A stretch of DNA of 64,000 nucleotides, from positions 1-64,000 of the IMG/VR virus record IMGVR_UViG_3300035670_000149, one strand, 5' to 3'. Both the position numbers and the translations under genes were made by a program. Position 1 is the first letter of the stretch. Each line of letters opens with the position of its first letter. The DNA is from a virus. Shown one piece after another: positions 7,891 to 17,109 of this stretch. Below the pieces are notes generated by a model. It saw only the letters and a program-made list of their open reading frames with translations. It was not told where the DNA came from and did not search any database.

Positions 7891-9483
7891 TCAGATGGTG
7901 GGATAAATCGTAATTGTGTTTCCCATTCCTGAGTGATTGGTGCATTGATAGTAAAGAGTATTTGATGCATTAAATGGAACTTCAAACCTTATTGTTCCAG
8001 TTGCAGCACCGTTATTTGTAACTCCATTATCATAAGCAGCACCACCATCACTTACACGAATTTGAAATGGGTGAGCTCCACCAGAGTTGTTTACAAACTC
8101 ATACACTCTACCTCTTGCAAGATATAGAATTGGATCATTGGTCGTTTGAGTAAATCCAATTCCAGTGAAGGTATAATCAGACGTTCCATTGGCACCTAAA
8201 ACCCATCTACCATCAATAGCATTTGAAGTATCTCCATAATATGTGACAATGCCCGATGATGCAGTAATAATACCAGAAGAAACTTGAACCGTTCCTAATG
8301 TTGTAACACCAGAAACATTCAACTGATTTGTAAAGGTGGTTCCAGTAATTGTTACACCAGCACCAAGAGTTTCAAGTTTTTTATTCGTTCCAAAATATAA
8401 TTGAGCAGAACCACTTGAATCTGCAACTAATGGAAATCCAGCAGATCCATCTACATCAGACCAAATATAAGTAGAACCATATGATCTAATGTTAAGATCA
8501 GTTCCAGCATATTCTAAAAATGCTTCATTTGTGGAAGTGCTTTGATAAATTGACAGTGATGGGCGAGCAGGTGCAGTAAATATCGCAGCATTGCCAGAGG
8601 TATATGTAAATGAAGATCCCACACTTACATTTCCTGTAAATGTAGAAACACCAGAAACTACAAGACTGCTTGTTCTTATATCTGCTGTGCTTCCAACACT
8701 AATACCAGTCAGTTGAGATCCATCTCCAACAAATGATGATGCTGTTACAATACCAAGGGTGGAGTAACCACCATTAGACATTGTAGATACGCCAGCAACT
8801 TCTACTCTTTTGAATGCAGTAACATCATTGAGTACATCTAGTTCAGAAATAGTGCTGATACCGCTAACATTAATCGCTTTTGCAAAAAATGTATTTGATG
8901 TTACTGTAGTAACTCCTGCGAAAGTAGAAACTCCAGTTACACTTAACTGATTTGCAAATAAAGTAGAAGTAGATGTAGTAACTCCTGCGAAAGTAGAAAC
9001 TCCAGTTACACTTAACTGATTTGCAAATAAAGTAGAAGTAGATGTAGTAACTCCTGCGAAAGTAGAAACTCCAGTTACACTTAGATTAGTAAGGTCTGTT
9101 TGCCCAGATACTGTTGCAATTCCACTTCCTACATTTAGATTTGAAAGTGTTGATTGCCCAGTTACTGATAATGTCGCAGTTGTAGTTATGCCAGAATTAT
9201 TGATTTGACTTGAATTAACGTTTTCAGTAGTAATTCCAACGGTAATTGTTGCAATACCAGAACTGATATTAGATACAGTAAAATAATCGGCAAAATCTAT
9301 TTTTGATGCTGCCCCTTTGCTGACTCCATCATCAAGAATAGTTACACCAGAACCAACTGCCGTTACTCCAGTAATACCAGAACCCTCACCAAACAATATC
9401 GCAGCTGTAAGGATACCAGAAATATTTACATCGCCAGATACTTGTTCTGATAAAAGTTTTGCTATATTACGTGCTCTAGTCAT
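7891..9483 (-). CDS. Tail fibre-like virion protein with C-terminal cupredoxin-like domain
   Basis: GVSTF/GIAT beta-repeats; C-terminal HPF...LYYQCTNHSGMG. Confidence 0.75.
   Translation of the reverse strand: MTRARNIAKLLSEQVSGDVNISGILTAAILFGEGSGITGVTAVGSGVTILDDGVSKGAASKIDFADYFTVSNISSGIATITVGITTENVNSSQINNSGITTTATLSVTGQSTLSNLNVGSGIATVSGQTDLTNLSVTGVSTFAGVTTSTSTLFANQLSVTGVSTFAGVTTSTSTLFANQLSVTGVSTFAGVTTVTSNTFFAKAINVSGISTISELDVLNDVTAFKRVEVAGVSTMSNGGYSTLGIVTASSFVGDGSQLTGISVGSTADIRTSSLVVSGVSTFTGNVSVGSSFTYTSGNAAIFTAPARPSLSIYQSTSTNEAFLEYAGTDLNIRSYGSTYIWSDVDGSAGFPLVADSSGSAQLYFGTNKKLETLGAGVTITGTTFTNQLNVSGVTTLGTVQVSSGIITASSGIVTYYGDTSNAIDGRWVLGANGTSDYTFTGIGFTQTTNDPILYLARGRVYEFVNNSGGAHPFQIRVSDGGAAYDNGVTNNGAATGTIRFEVPFNASNTLYYQCTNHSGMGNTITIYPTI
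8905..9083. repeat. 69-bp perfect tandem repeat (~2.6 copies) in fibre gene
   Basis: Copies start 8905, 8974, 9043; encodes LSVTGVSTFAGVTTSTSTLFANQ. Confidence 0.9.
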
Positions 9484-9492
9484 TGCACACAG

Positions 9493-9508
9493 TTTTTAGT
9501 TATTTATG
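9493..9508 (-). promoter_or_regulatory. T4-type late promoter
   Basis: CATAAATA-ACTAAAAA upstream of fibre gene. Confidence 0.7.
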
Positions 9509-9512
9509 TACA

Positions 9513-9983
9513 TCAAATAGTCATCAAGTCAGCACCACATGCTTGGAACAACATATAAAACTGCCACAAAACTTCCACTTCAAATTCATGGAATGTTAGA
9601 TTTTCTTTTGTAGAATCTAATCTTTGACAACTATTTTTATCTACAACGACGGTAGGAACTGTTTCATGTTTTTCTGGTGCAAACAAATACGTCTTACAAT
9701 TAACATATGCTAAACTATTTGCAATCGGAGAATCATTCCTTGTGCTGATTCCAAGAATCAAATCTGCATGTTTAGCAGCATATTCAATCCACGGAAGATG
9801 CCATGGTTGATCTTTAGATAGTGCAGAAAGATGAACAGCATCTGGAGCAAAACAGAATTTACCAAGATACCTATTCATATCACTTGCAACATGTTGGGCA
9901 ATAGCAAGATTTCCGCCATTTCCAATAATAGCAATACTGTTTGATTGGTTGACCAGTTCAATTAGATCTAAAGAAATCGTCAC
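9513..9983 (-). CDS. SIS-domain phosphosugar isomerase (GmhA-like)
   Basis: IAIIGNGGNLAIAQHVASDM resembles GmhA GNGGSAADAQH; ILGIST. Confidence 0.7.
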   Translation of the reverse strand: MTISLDLIELVNQSNSIAIIGNGGNLAIAQHVASDMNRYLGKFCFAPDAVHLSALSKDQPWHLPWIEYAAKHADLILGISTRNDSPIANSLAYVNCKTYLFAPEKHETVPTVVVDKNSCQRLDSTKENLTFHEFEVEVLWQFYMLFQACGADLMTI

Positions 9984-10284
9984 TGTTTACTCCTTTATCG
10001 TCAATGTAAATGTCGCCAGAATATTTTCCAAGAATGAGTTTAGTAAACTTACATCCCCAAGTTTCTAGTTGATTATATGTGTAATTATACCACTTTTGAT
10101 GAGCATTGTGAATAGATCCATCATATTCTCCCATTCCACGAGCAGTGTAGTAGATAATTTCATGTCCTTCATCAAAGAGTTGATTTATCTTCTCAATGCG
10201 ATCATAATAAACTTTACCAGTTCCAAATCCTGGATTGTTTACATGTTCACAGATTGTTCCATCTATGTCTACGATGTATTTCAT
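9958..10284 (-). CDS. HAD-superfamily phosphatase (capsule-biosynthesis type)
   Basis: DIDGT motif I, YTAR motif II, K, IYIDDK motif IV. Confidence 0.85.
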   Translation of the reverse strand: MKYIVDIDGTICEHVNNPGFGTGKVYYDRIEKINQLFDEGHEIIYYTARGMGEYDGSIHNAHQKWYNYTYNQLETWGCKFTKLILGKYSGDIYIDDKGVNSDDFFRSN

Positions 10285-10972
10285 CTTTTACCACTTCAAT
10301 GTCAGATAAACGATCAACGGCATGTGTTCTTGTTTGAATATTAAATGGTCTTACTGGTACTTTTCCAATAAAACCTAACGTATCAAGACTAGCACAGTCT
10401 TCTACCATACGCAAGTCATACTGTCCGAATTTTGAAATCGTATCGTAGTCATAAACGTAAAGACCAGATATGCCAAAAATGTGACGATTGATCATCCATT
10501 CTTTTTCTGGATTCCTCGATAACCAAATGATACAATTGTTGTTTACAACTGCCTTTACACAATCTTCATCCGCAAGATCATTTTCATCAATATTGTAAAT
10601 TGCCTGAACCATCTGATGTTTATGATCAACTGCATATTGAATCATTGCGTCCATGGCAGTCACATTCATGCATGGTTCATCACCTTGAAGATTGACAACA
10701 TAATCTGGACGACGATCTAACATGTGAGAGCACAGATAAACTCTATGCGTACATGTAGGACATTTTTCAGTAATGATACACTTGTGCCCATAATTTGTCA
10801 CAACATCATAGATGTCCTGATCTTCAGTTGCAACAACAATCTCATCAATTTTAATACTTTCTTTTGCACGATCAATTACATGCAAAATCATCTCTTTTCC
10901 TTTGATTTTGTATAATGGTTTGCCAGGAAATCTTGATGATCCTAATCGAGCAGGAATAATACAAGTAATCAT
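10247..10972 (-). CDS. kdsB: CMP-Kdo synthetase-like cytidylyltransferase
   Basis: IIPARLGSSRFPGKPL, VATED, VNLQGDEP, AVDRLSD. Confidence 0.88.
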   Translation of the reverse strand: MITCIIPARLGSSRFPGKPLYKIKGKEMILHVIDRAKESIKIDEIVVATEDQDIYDVVTNYGHKCIITEKCPTCTHRVYLCSHMLDRRPDYVVNLQGDEPCMNVTAMDAMIQYAVDHKHQMVQAIYNIDENDLADEDCVKAVVNNNCIIWLSRNPEKEWMINRHIFGISGLYVYDYDTISKFGQYDLRMVEDCASLDTLGFIGKVPVRPFNIQTRTHAVDRLSDIEVVKDEIHRRHRWNNL

Positions 10973-11967
10973 AGTTCAGGAATCAGTTTAGCAACTTCAG
11001 GATGATACTCCATTTTATCATACATTTTACACTTCATCTCAAGTTTTTCTATCGCTTTGTCTTTATCATATAACGAAAGAGGAACTGCTTCAGGAATGAT
11101 TCTACCTGTAGAGTTTCCATAGAACCAATCATCCCACATTCTACCATGATTCTCAGTCAAACGATTTGAATAAAAGTTTAACATGTAAAGAGATTTGAGT
11201 AATTGTTCTGGTGTTTCCCTTTTGTGTGGACACAGAAACAATTTGACCATGCTGGATATAATTTCACGATCATCTACATTCTGTATCCAAAGATCTTCAA
11301 ACTTCTTGTGAATTAGTTCTAGATTGGCATAGGTATCAATCGTACTCTCTTTGTCAAAGCGATAGAAAATATCACCAGGATCGTAATAACGAACGATTGC
11401 ACCACTATAATATGCATAAAGAGTTGCTGATGTAAAGAGTGGGAAATAAAATAACTTAAACTTTCCCATTGCCACAGCAAGACCTAATTGCCATTCTTCA
11501 ATACCTGGATCATTGAAAATGCTGATAATTTTCACATTTTCCAATCCTTCATATGCAAAGGCACGATACCATTCATCCTTTTGTTCTGCAGGTGCCATTG
11601 CATAAACTGGTTCATTAGAAGTTGATACGATTTGTCTAAAGTTTTCGTAGACAACCTTATTGAAATCAATTCCAGTTGCAATATCTCCCTTTGGAAGAAA
11701 GATGCAGATACCTTTTCTTTCTTGCCTTGGAATCAGTGCATCAGCATAAACAAAAGGACTCGCACCTAGGTGAACATAATATGATGGTTTTGTGAGTTTG
11801 TTTTGTAAATACTCACTCCAGATGTAAACACTGGAGCACATGAAGTCAGCATAGAACTCTTTACGTCCCATGGTTTCTGTCTGCACCCCAGGAATAAAAT
11901 TATAATCTAAAAACTGGTCAGTTCCTGCCCAATAGTTGAGAAGTTCTTTAGTTCCAAAACGACTCAT
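10969..11967 (-). CDS. Putative glycosyltransferase-like protein (paralog of 22310..23278)
   Basis: Coupled to kdsB; FTSATLYAYYSGAIVRYY resembles the S-x4-A-x3-G-x2-V motif of GT-B enzymes. Confidence 0.45.
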   Translation of the reverse strand: MSRFGTKELLNYWAGTDQFLDYNFIPGVQTETMGRKEFYADFMCSSVYIWSEYLQNKLTKPSYYVHLGASPFVYADALIPRQERKGICIFLPKGDIATGIDFNKVVYENFRQIVSTSNEPVYAMAPAEQKDEWYRAFAYEGLENVKIISIFNDPGIEEWQLGLAVAMGKFKLFYFPLFTSATLYAYYSGAIVRYYDPGDIFYRFDKESTIDTYANLELIHKKFEDLWIQNVDDREIISSMVKLFLCPHKRETPEQLLKSLYMLNFYSNRLTENHGRMWDDWFYGNSTGRIIPEAVPLSLYDKDKAIEKLEMKCKMYDKMEYHPEVAKLIPEL

Positions 11968-12323
11968 AGTTGATTATCATCAGTGTTGAATAGGTTATTC
12001 ATCTCTTCTTCTGTTAGAATATCTTTTTGATAGAGAACTTTGAGCATCTTGTGCAGTTTTCTTTCAAAGTTTCTATGAAGTTTGAGATCTTCTCCATCCC
12101 AATCTGGATTGAATCTCCACCCATCAGTTGGATTGAATTTATATTTTTTCTTGTACCAATTCTTTGGTTCTTCTACATCTTCATGAAGAACGTAGTAGTG
12201 AGGTAGATCTGGAATCATGGTATTGTCAATCCACCACTGACCCAGATCTTCATCAAATCTGATTGGGATAAAGTCTGGAAAAAGATATACGCTTTCTTCG
12301 TATTCGTTACAAAGGGTCTTCAT
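11964..12323 (-). CDS. Fibre-associated/chaperone-like hypothetical protein
   Basis: LHEDVEEPKNWYKKKYKF..GWRFNPDW, follows Gly-rich fibre gene. Confidence 0.5.
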   Translation of the reverse strand: MKTLCNEYEESVYLFPDFIPIRFDEDLGQWWIDNTMIPDLPHYYVLHEDVEEPKNWYKKKYKFNPTDGWRFNPDWDGEDLKLHRNFERKLHKMLKVLYQKDILTEEEMNNLFNTDDNQL

Positions 12324-12370
12324 ATTCGCTCAAGATGATGTGATTATTATAGATGAGTTTTTGAGTTATG

Positions 12371-13243
12371 TCAAATTATGGTATAAGTTTCTACTGCAGA
12401 TCCTGGTGGTGCAGATGTGTCATCAACAACTACTACGTTATTTACAACAATAAGAACTTTTCCAGTAGTGCCTGGGGCGTTTGGATATGGGCTAGGATTA
12501 TTATATGTTCCACTTCCACCAGAGGGACTACCTGGAGCTCCATTTCCTGACAGATTTGTAGTTGATGTAATTGTAAAAGAACCAAATCCAGGTTGAGTTA
12601 CTGTTCCGGAATTAACATATCCTGATCCTCCACCTCCTCCTGCATCATATCCACCATTAGTGCCACCACCGCCACCACCATACCAACCACCGCCGCCGCC
12701 GCCGCCTTCGGTGGGGGATGCGCCATTCCCACCTAACCACTGACCTCCTGAACTTGCGCCTGATCCGCCGCCACCGCCGGCATTTTGAGTGGCACCACCA
12801 CCCCGTAAACCAAAATCTGGAATCTCTACTGCAGTTGTACCAGAAGGTCCACCCCCAGCACCGCCTTGTGCGCTATCATATCCATCATTTCCGCCACCGC
12901 CGGCACCGCCAGCAACTCCCAATACATAAGTTCTACCTGTAGTGCCATCTACTGGACCAACAAAAGCTGCAGAAAACCCGCCAGCTGCGCGAGACCCGCC
13001 TCCTCCAGTATAAAAATTTCTTGCTCCATCTCTAGATCCAACAATATATCCAATAACTGTTCCTGGATTAGCAGTTCCTTGTATTTGTACCCATCCGCCG
13101 CCGCCTGGCGCGCCGCCCCTGCCCGGTGTACCAAACCCACCCCAAAGATAGATTTGTATATTTTTTGGTCCGGAGGCCCCCCTTAATTTTTTTCTATTAC
13201 CAAATCCAAAAGATTGAGAAATTCTTGATACAATAGGTGCCAT
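12371..13243 (-). CDS. Glycine-rich (polyglycine-II bundle) virion/receptor-binding-like protein
   Basis: WGG..GGGG, GGGGGGWYGGGGG, GGGGGSGY motifs. Confidence 0.7.
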   Translation of the reverse strand: MAPIVSRISQSFGFGNRKKLRGASGPKNIQIYLWGGFGTPGRGGAPGGGGWVQIQGTANPGTVIGYIVGSRDGARNFYTGGGGSRAAGGFSAAFVGPVDGTTGRTYVLGVAGGAGGGGNDGYDSAQGGAGGGPSGTTAVEIPDFGLRGGGATQNAGGGGGSGASSGGQWLGGNGASPTEGGGGGGGWYGGGGGGTNGGYDAGGGGGSGYVNSGTVTQPGFGSFTITSTTNLSGNGAPGSPSGGSGTYNNPSPYPNAPGTTGKVLIVVNNVVVVDDTSAPPGSAVETYTII

Positions 13244-14262
13244 CAGAAAAATCCGCCAGAAACAATTCCAAATACTTCGTAATTAGCAGCAGAACTTGCT
13301 GAACCAATTGTATTTACTCCAACAAAATTATAAACTGTGTATCCATTGGTGGTTGTGACACCTGAAGTTGCCTCGTTTCTAGAACCTCCAGCAAACTTCA
13401 CTGCTCTTTCTACACCATTTAGTCTAACAAACGTATGACAACTGCGACCAGTTCCTGTTGTTCTTAGAATTGCAGAAACAGAAATTGAATGATTGTCAAA
13501 AGAACTATCAGTTGGAATTCCTTCAACTCTAATTACAACATCAGCAGAAGGATTATCAAAATAGATAATATTTGCAGTGGATGTATATGTGCAGACTCCA
13601 ACACTTGATGATGCTGATACTCTAACCATCTTTTCTGCGACGTTAGAGAATCTAGATTCATTCGGAATTACAACGTTAGTGATTGTAGTAACACCGGTAA
13701 TTGTAGTATTACTTAGATTTGCTTGACCACTAATTGTAGTAATTCCACCAGTAACTTGGAGACCGTTTCTAGCAGTAATCAATCCAATTGAGTCTACATT
13801 AGTTACATCATCATAAGTCAAAGTACCACCAACAGTTACATTTCCAGCAAATGTTGCTGCAACACCAGAAATATTTCCACTGAACTGTGTTGCAGTGACA
13901 ACTCCCAATGCATTGATATGTCTTGCACTTAGATCTGCAGTCAAAGAAAGATTAGAACCCGTAGCACCTGGTCCTAATCCAGTGGCACTACCAGCATTAG
14001 TTGCAGTGCCATTAAAAGTATTTGCGGTGATGATGCCAATACCAGTTCCATCAATAGAGACAGTTCCAAAATTACCTTTAGATGCCGTAATTACGCCAGA
14101 GTTTCCATCAATAGAGACAGTTCCAAAATTACCTTTAGATGCCGTAATTACGCCAGAGTTTCCATCTAGGGTTATACCAATTCCAATATCTATTGGTTGT
14201 GATGGAGATGTTCCTAGCCCAGATCCAACTGCTGCTAGATTTGTAGCTTTTGTTATTGCCAT
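13243..14262 (-). CDS. Tail fibre-like virion protein
   Basis: VGGTLTYDDVTNVDSIGLITARNG motif typical of cyanomyophage fibres. Confidence 0.75.
   Translation of the reverse strand: MAITKATNLAAVGSGLGTSPSQPIDIGIGITLDGNSGVITASKGNFGTVSIDGNSGVITASKGNFGTVSIDGTGIGIITANTFNGTATNAGSATGLGPGATGSNLSLTADLSARHINALGVVTATQFSGNISGVAATFAGNVTVGGTLTYDDVTNVDSIGLITARNGLQVTGGITTISGQANLSNTTITGVTTITNVVIPNESRFSNVAEKMVRVSASSSVGVCTYTSTANIIYFDNPSADVVIRVEGIPTDSSFDNHSISVSAILRTTGTGRSCHTFVRLNGVERAVKFAGGSRNEATSGVTTTNGYTVYNFVGVNTIGSASSAANYEVFGIVSGGFF
14046..14166. repeat. 57-bp perfect tandem duplication in fibre gene
   Basis: Encodes DGNSGVITASKGNFGTVSI twice. Confidence 0.9.
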
Positions 14263-14273
14263 TACCGACAAAT

Positions 14274-14289
14274 TTTTTAGTTATTTATC
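14274..14289 (-). promoter_or_regulatory. T4-type late promoter
   Basis: GATAAATA-ACTAAAAA. Confidence 0.7.
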
Positions 14290-14911
14290 AGAGCAATAAT
14301 TCGCTTATTCCTACCATTCCTTTTGGAAATATATTGAAAGATAATGAATAACGATCTTTGTTTGATAGATTTGGTTTCACAGAATGAGAAAGACCAGAAC
14401 TGAATAATAATAGTGTTCCAGTTACAGCAGGAACAGTATAATGTGGGGTGTTATATGCATTGAATTTTGTATGTGTAAATGGGAGGGAAATTTGATGATA
14501 AGCATGGGAACATCCCATTGCACTTGCATTATGAAATACAATATCGCCGGAATTTTCTGGAGCATCAATGTAGAGAACTCCACTAAAAATAGATCCTGTA
14601 TGATTATGCATTACACAATGATGTCCATAGGAATGTCTCAATGCCCATGATCTTCCATAATCAAAAACAAGATCATCATCAATCAGATACACATCTTTAG
14701 ATAATTTATCAACGTTACCACAAATATGTTGTTTTATATTTGAAAATATTTTATGGTCTAAGATTGATTTGTTTTTTGACCAATCGCCATTACCAATATG
14801 AACTGGTTCATACTCAAGATTCTTCACATATTCAACTACTTCATTAGTAATGAGATGCTGAATATGATCAATCACCAACGGAATTGCAAAAATAGGTATA
14901 ATTTCTGTCAT
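14288..14911 (-). CDS. 2OG-Fe(II) oxygenase (TIGR02466-like)
   Basis: HNH..IFSGVLYI, LLLFSSGLSHSV, RYSLSFN. Confidence 0.85.
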   Translation of the reverse strand: MTEIIPIFAIPLVIDHIQHLITNEVVEYVKNLEYEPVHIGNGDWSKNKSILDHKIFSNIKQHICGNVDKLSKDVYLIDDDLVFDYGRSWALRHSYGHHCVMHNHTGSIFSGVLYIDAPENSGDIVFHNASAMGCSHAYHQISLPFTHTKFNAYNTPHYTVPAVTGTLLLFSSGLSHSVKPNLSNKDRYSLSFNIFPKGMVGISELLL

Positions 14912-15495
14912 GAGAACGATATATTGAAGGCTACTGAAATTCTCTCTTGATCTGATTTATTTGAGGTGACCGAATGATTTAAGTGGGATGGAAACAATAT
15001 CATTAACCCTTCTTGAGGTTCAACATAGAACCAATCATAAGCATTAGTTGATTTTTTAAACTCTTCACTATAGTTTGATAGTGTTTTGTACTGTTGAAAA
15101 CTGCAAGGAGATTCAAAAACTATATTGCCACTATTTTTTGGTACTTTTAACCATAAAACCCCAGATAAGTCACAACCTGGATGATTATGAGAATGATTAT
15201 AATTTCCCGTATCATTACAATTTAACCACATACTATTCATTTTAGCAGTGGAAAAATTATTGAAAATTTGTTTATTCGCAAAGAAACTTTCTAATTGAGT
15301 ATCTATCAAACTTTTGATTAGATTGTCTTCTTTTTGATTGTAATCATCTGTTGATTGCCACCCGCCAGCATTTGATTTTTTTACTCCAGATGATTTTGAT
15401 TTTTCTTGATGCACATATGATATTAAGTCATTTTTATGGTAAGAAAAATTTTCTAAAAAGAAAGTATGAATAATGCAAGGAAAAATTGTAATCAT
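14908..15495 (-). CDS. 2OG-Fe(II) oxygenase (TIGR02466-like)
   Basis: HNHPGCDLSGVLW, FPSHLNHSV, RISVAFN. Confidence 0.88.
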   Translation of the reverse strand: MITIFPCIIHTFFLENFSYHKNDLISYVHQEKSKSSGVKKSNAGGWQSTDDYNQKEDNLIKSLIDTQLESFFANKQIFNNFSTAKMNSMWLNCNDTGNYNHSHNHPGCDLSGVLWLKVPKNSGNIVFESPCSFQQYKTLSNYSEEFKKSTNAYDWFYVEPQEGLMILFPSHLNHSVTSNKSDQERISVAFNISFS

Positions 15496-16061
15496 TATTT
15501 TTGAAGTGTAAAGACACAGACAAATCTATGTTTTCCTACAGACGGAAAAACATTCGTATGAAAATACTTACCATCAAACAGTATAACCTTTCCTGCCTTT
15601 GGAGTTATTTGTTTTAGTATATCTAAACTTTGACCTTGATCAATTGATATGAAGGTAGGACCTGTATCATAATACTTGTCAAATATAATCGTTTCTCCAT
15701 CACAATCATTCAAGTACATCAAAACAACATAATGATCATCTGTATAATCTATATGTGGTTCCGAAAATTGAGTATCATGATGAATGGTCGAATTTATACA
15801 TGCTCGTGTTACATTGGAAAAGGAAATATTATGTTTATAGCAAAAGTTTACCACAATACTATAGAAAAAGTCAAAATATACGGATTTTCTTACTTCACCA
15901 AGTTCTACTCTTGGCATCAAAGTATGACTAAAATATGGAAATTTTTCTGTAGTATATGAGTGCCGATAATAAAACGGCAAATCTGCATTTTTTAAGACAT
16001 GATAATCAATTTGCTCCAAAATTTTAGATGGTATTCCACATTCGTCTTCAATAAAAATCAT
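15495..16061 (-). CDS. 2OG-Fe(II) oxygenase
   Basis: PHID, YLNDCDGET, FDGKYFH, RFV. Confidence 0.82.
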   Translation of the reverse strand: MIFIEDECGIPSKILEQIDYHVLKNADLPFYYRHSYTTEKFPYFSHTLMPRVELGEVRKSVYFDFFYSIVVNFCYKHNISFSNVTRACINSTIHHDTQFSEPHIDYTDDHYVVLMYLNDCDGETIIFDKYYDTGPTFISIDQGQSLDILKQITPKAGKVILFDGKYFHTNVFPSVGKHRFVCVFTLQK

Positions 16062-16567
16062 GGGTTATATTGAAATGCTATTGAAAGTCTACCAAAATCA
16101 TTCATCAAAGGAGTTGGAGGAATGATTTTGTGTTGAATTCTTCCATTAAAAACAACTGCTCTACCTGGTTTTGGTCTTACAATTCCTCCTCTACGAAACT
16201 TAGTGCCTGACCCCCAATACCATTTCCAAACGGGATTTACATAAAAAATTACAGTGCTTCCCCATTCGTCGGTATGATATTCAAAATGTTCAAATGGTTT
16301 GATGCAGTTTATAGAAACCTTATAAAGATTGTTTGTTTCTGGAATGTTTTTTTCTTTAATTTTATTGTGCAAATAACTTACCAAGGGGTCATCATGCATA
16401 ATTTCCCCAATCATAGGTTGTCTTATTGTTCTACCAAAGGACATTCTTTTTACTTGCTGTCCTCTATAATCATCAATTTTATTCCAAATAAAATCATCAG
16501 TATTCAAAAAACTATAGATGTCTCTGACTTCATCTTGCTTCAAAAAATTATCGTAAATTGTAATCAT
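16058..16567 (-). CDS. 2OG-Fe(II) oxygenase (prolyl hydroxylase-like)
   Basis: YHTD, WGSGT, PKPGRAVVFNGRIQH, RLSIAF. Confidence 0.82.
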   Translation of the reverse strand: MITIYDNFLKQDEVRDIYSFLNTDDFIWNKIDDYRGQQVKRMSFGRTIRQPMIGEIMHDDPLVSYLHNKIKEKNIPETNNLYKVSINCIKPFEHFEYHTDEWGSTVIFYVNPVWKWYWGSGTKFRRGGIVRPKPGRAVVFNGRIQHKIIPPTPLMNDFGRLSIAFQYNP

Positions 16568-17109
16568 GATACAAAACTTAACCAACTGGAAATTATATAT
16601 TTGGTCTCACTCGACGAAGTAAGACCTTTGTGAGCATGTGTCCACTCAGAAGGCCAAATAACAAGTTTTCCTTGTTTTGGTTTTATGAGTTTTTTTTGAT
16701 GATAGAATAGGGTTTCTCCGCCATCGTGAACATCATTCAAATACAGCATCCACACCAGTATTCTAGCACAGGTTTTAATCGTGCTTCTTTCGCAATGCAA
16801 CTCATGATATGCTTGTCCTGGATAATACCGTTTGAGTGATATATTTTCTATTTGACCAAAACTGCTTAGGTTTTTTAGAAATGGATATGTTTTTTCATAT
16901 TCATGCAATTCAAGTTGCAAGGTTTCTAATAAACAATCTAGTTCAGGATGATTTGGAGAAAATAATACTTCAGTACAATCCTTCTTATTTTTATTCAAAC
17001 CTCCAATAGTTTCTCCATCTCGTTGAAAATTTTTAAGTTCTTCAAATAATGATATCAGTTTTTCACAATTTTCTCGTGAGAGTGCATTATCTTTTTCAAA
17101 AATAAACAT
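16564..17109 (-). CDS. 2OG-Fe(II) oxygenase (prolyl 4-hydroxylase-like)
   Basis: LHCE, YLNDVHDGGET, WTHAHKG, KYI. Confidence 0.85.
   Translation of the reverse strand: MFIFEKDNALSRENCEKLISLFEELKNFQRDGETIGGLNKNKKDCTEVLFSPNHPELDCLLETLQLELHEYEKTYPFLKNLSSFGQIENISLKRYYPGQAYHELHCERSTIKTCARILVWMLYLNDVHDGGETLFYHQKKLIKPKQGKLVIWPSEWTHAHKGLTSSSETKYIISSWLSFVS

Noticed and set aside
8905-9083. Possible CRISPR array from regular repeats
   Set aside because: Contiguous in-frame coding repeats with no unique spacers
12371-13243. GC-rich patch as a foreign mobile element
   Set aside because: Explained by Gly/Ala/Pro codons; no terminal repeats or transposase
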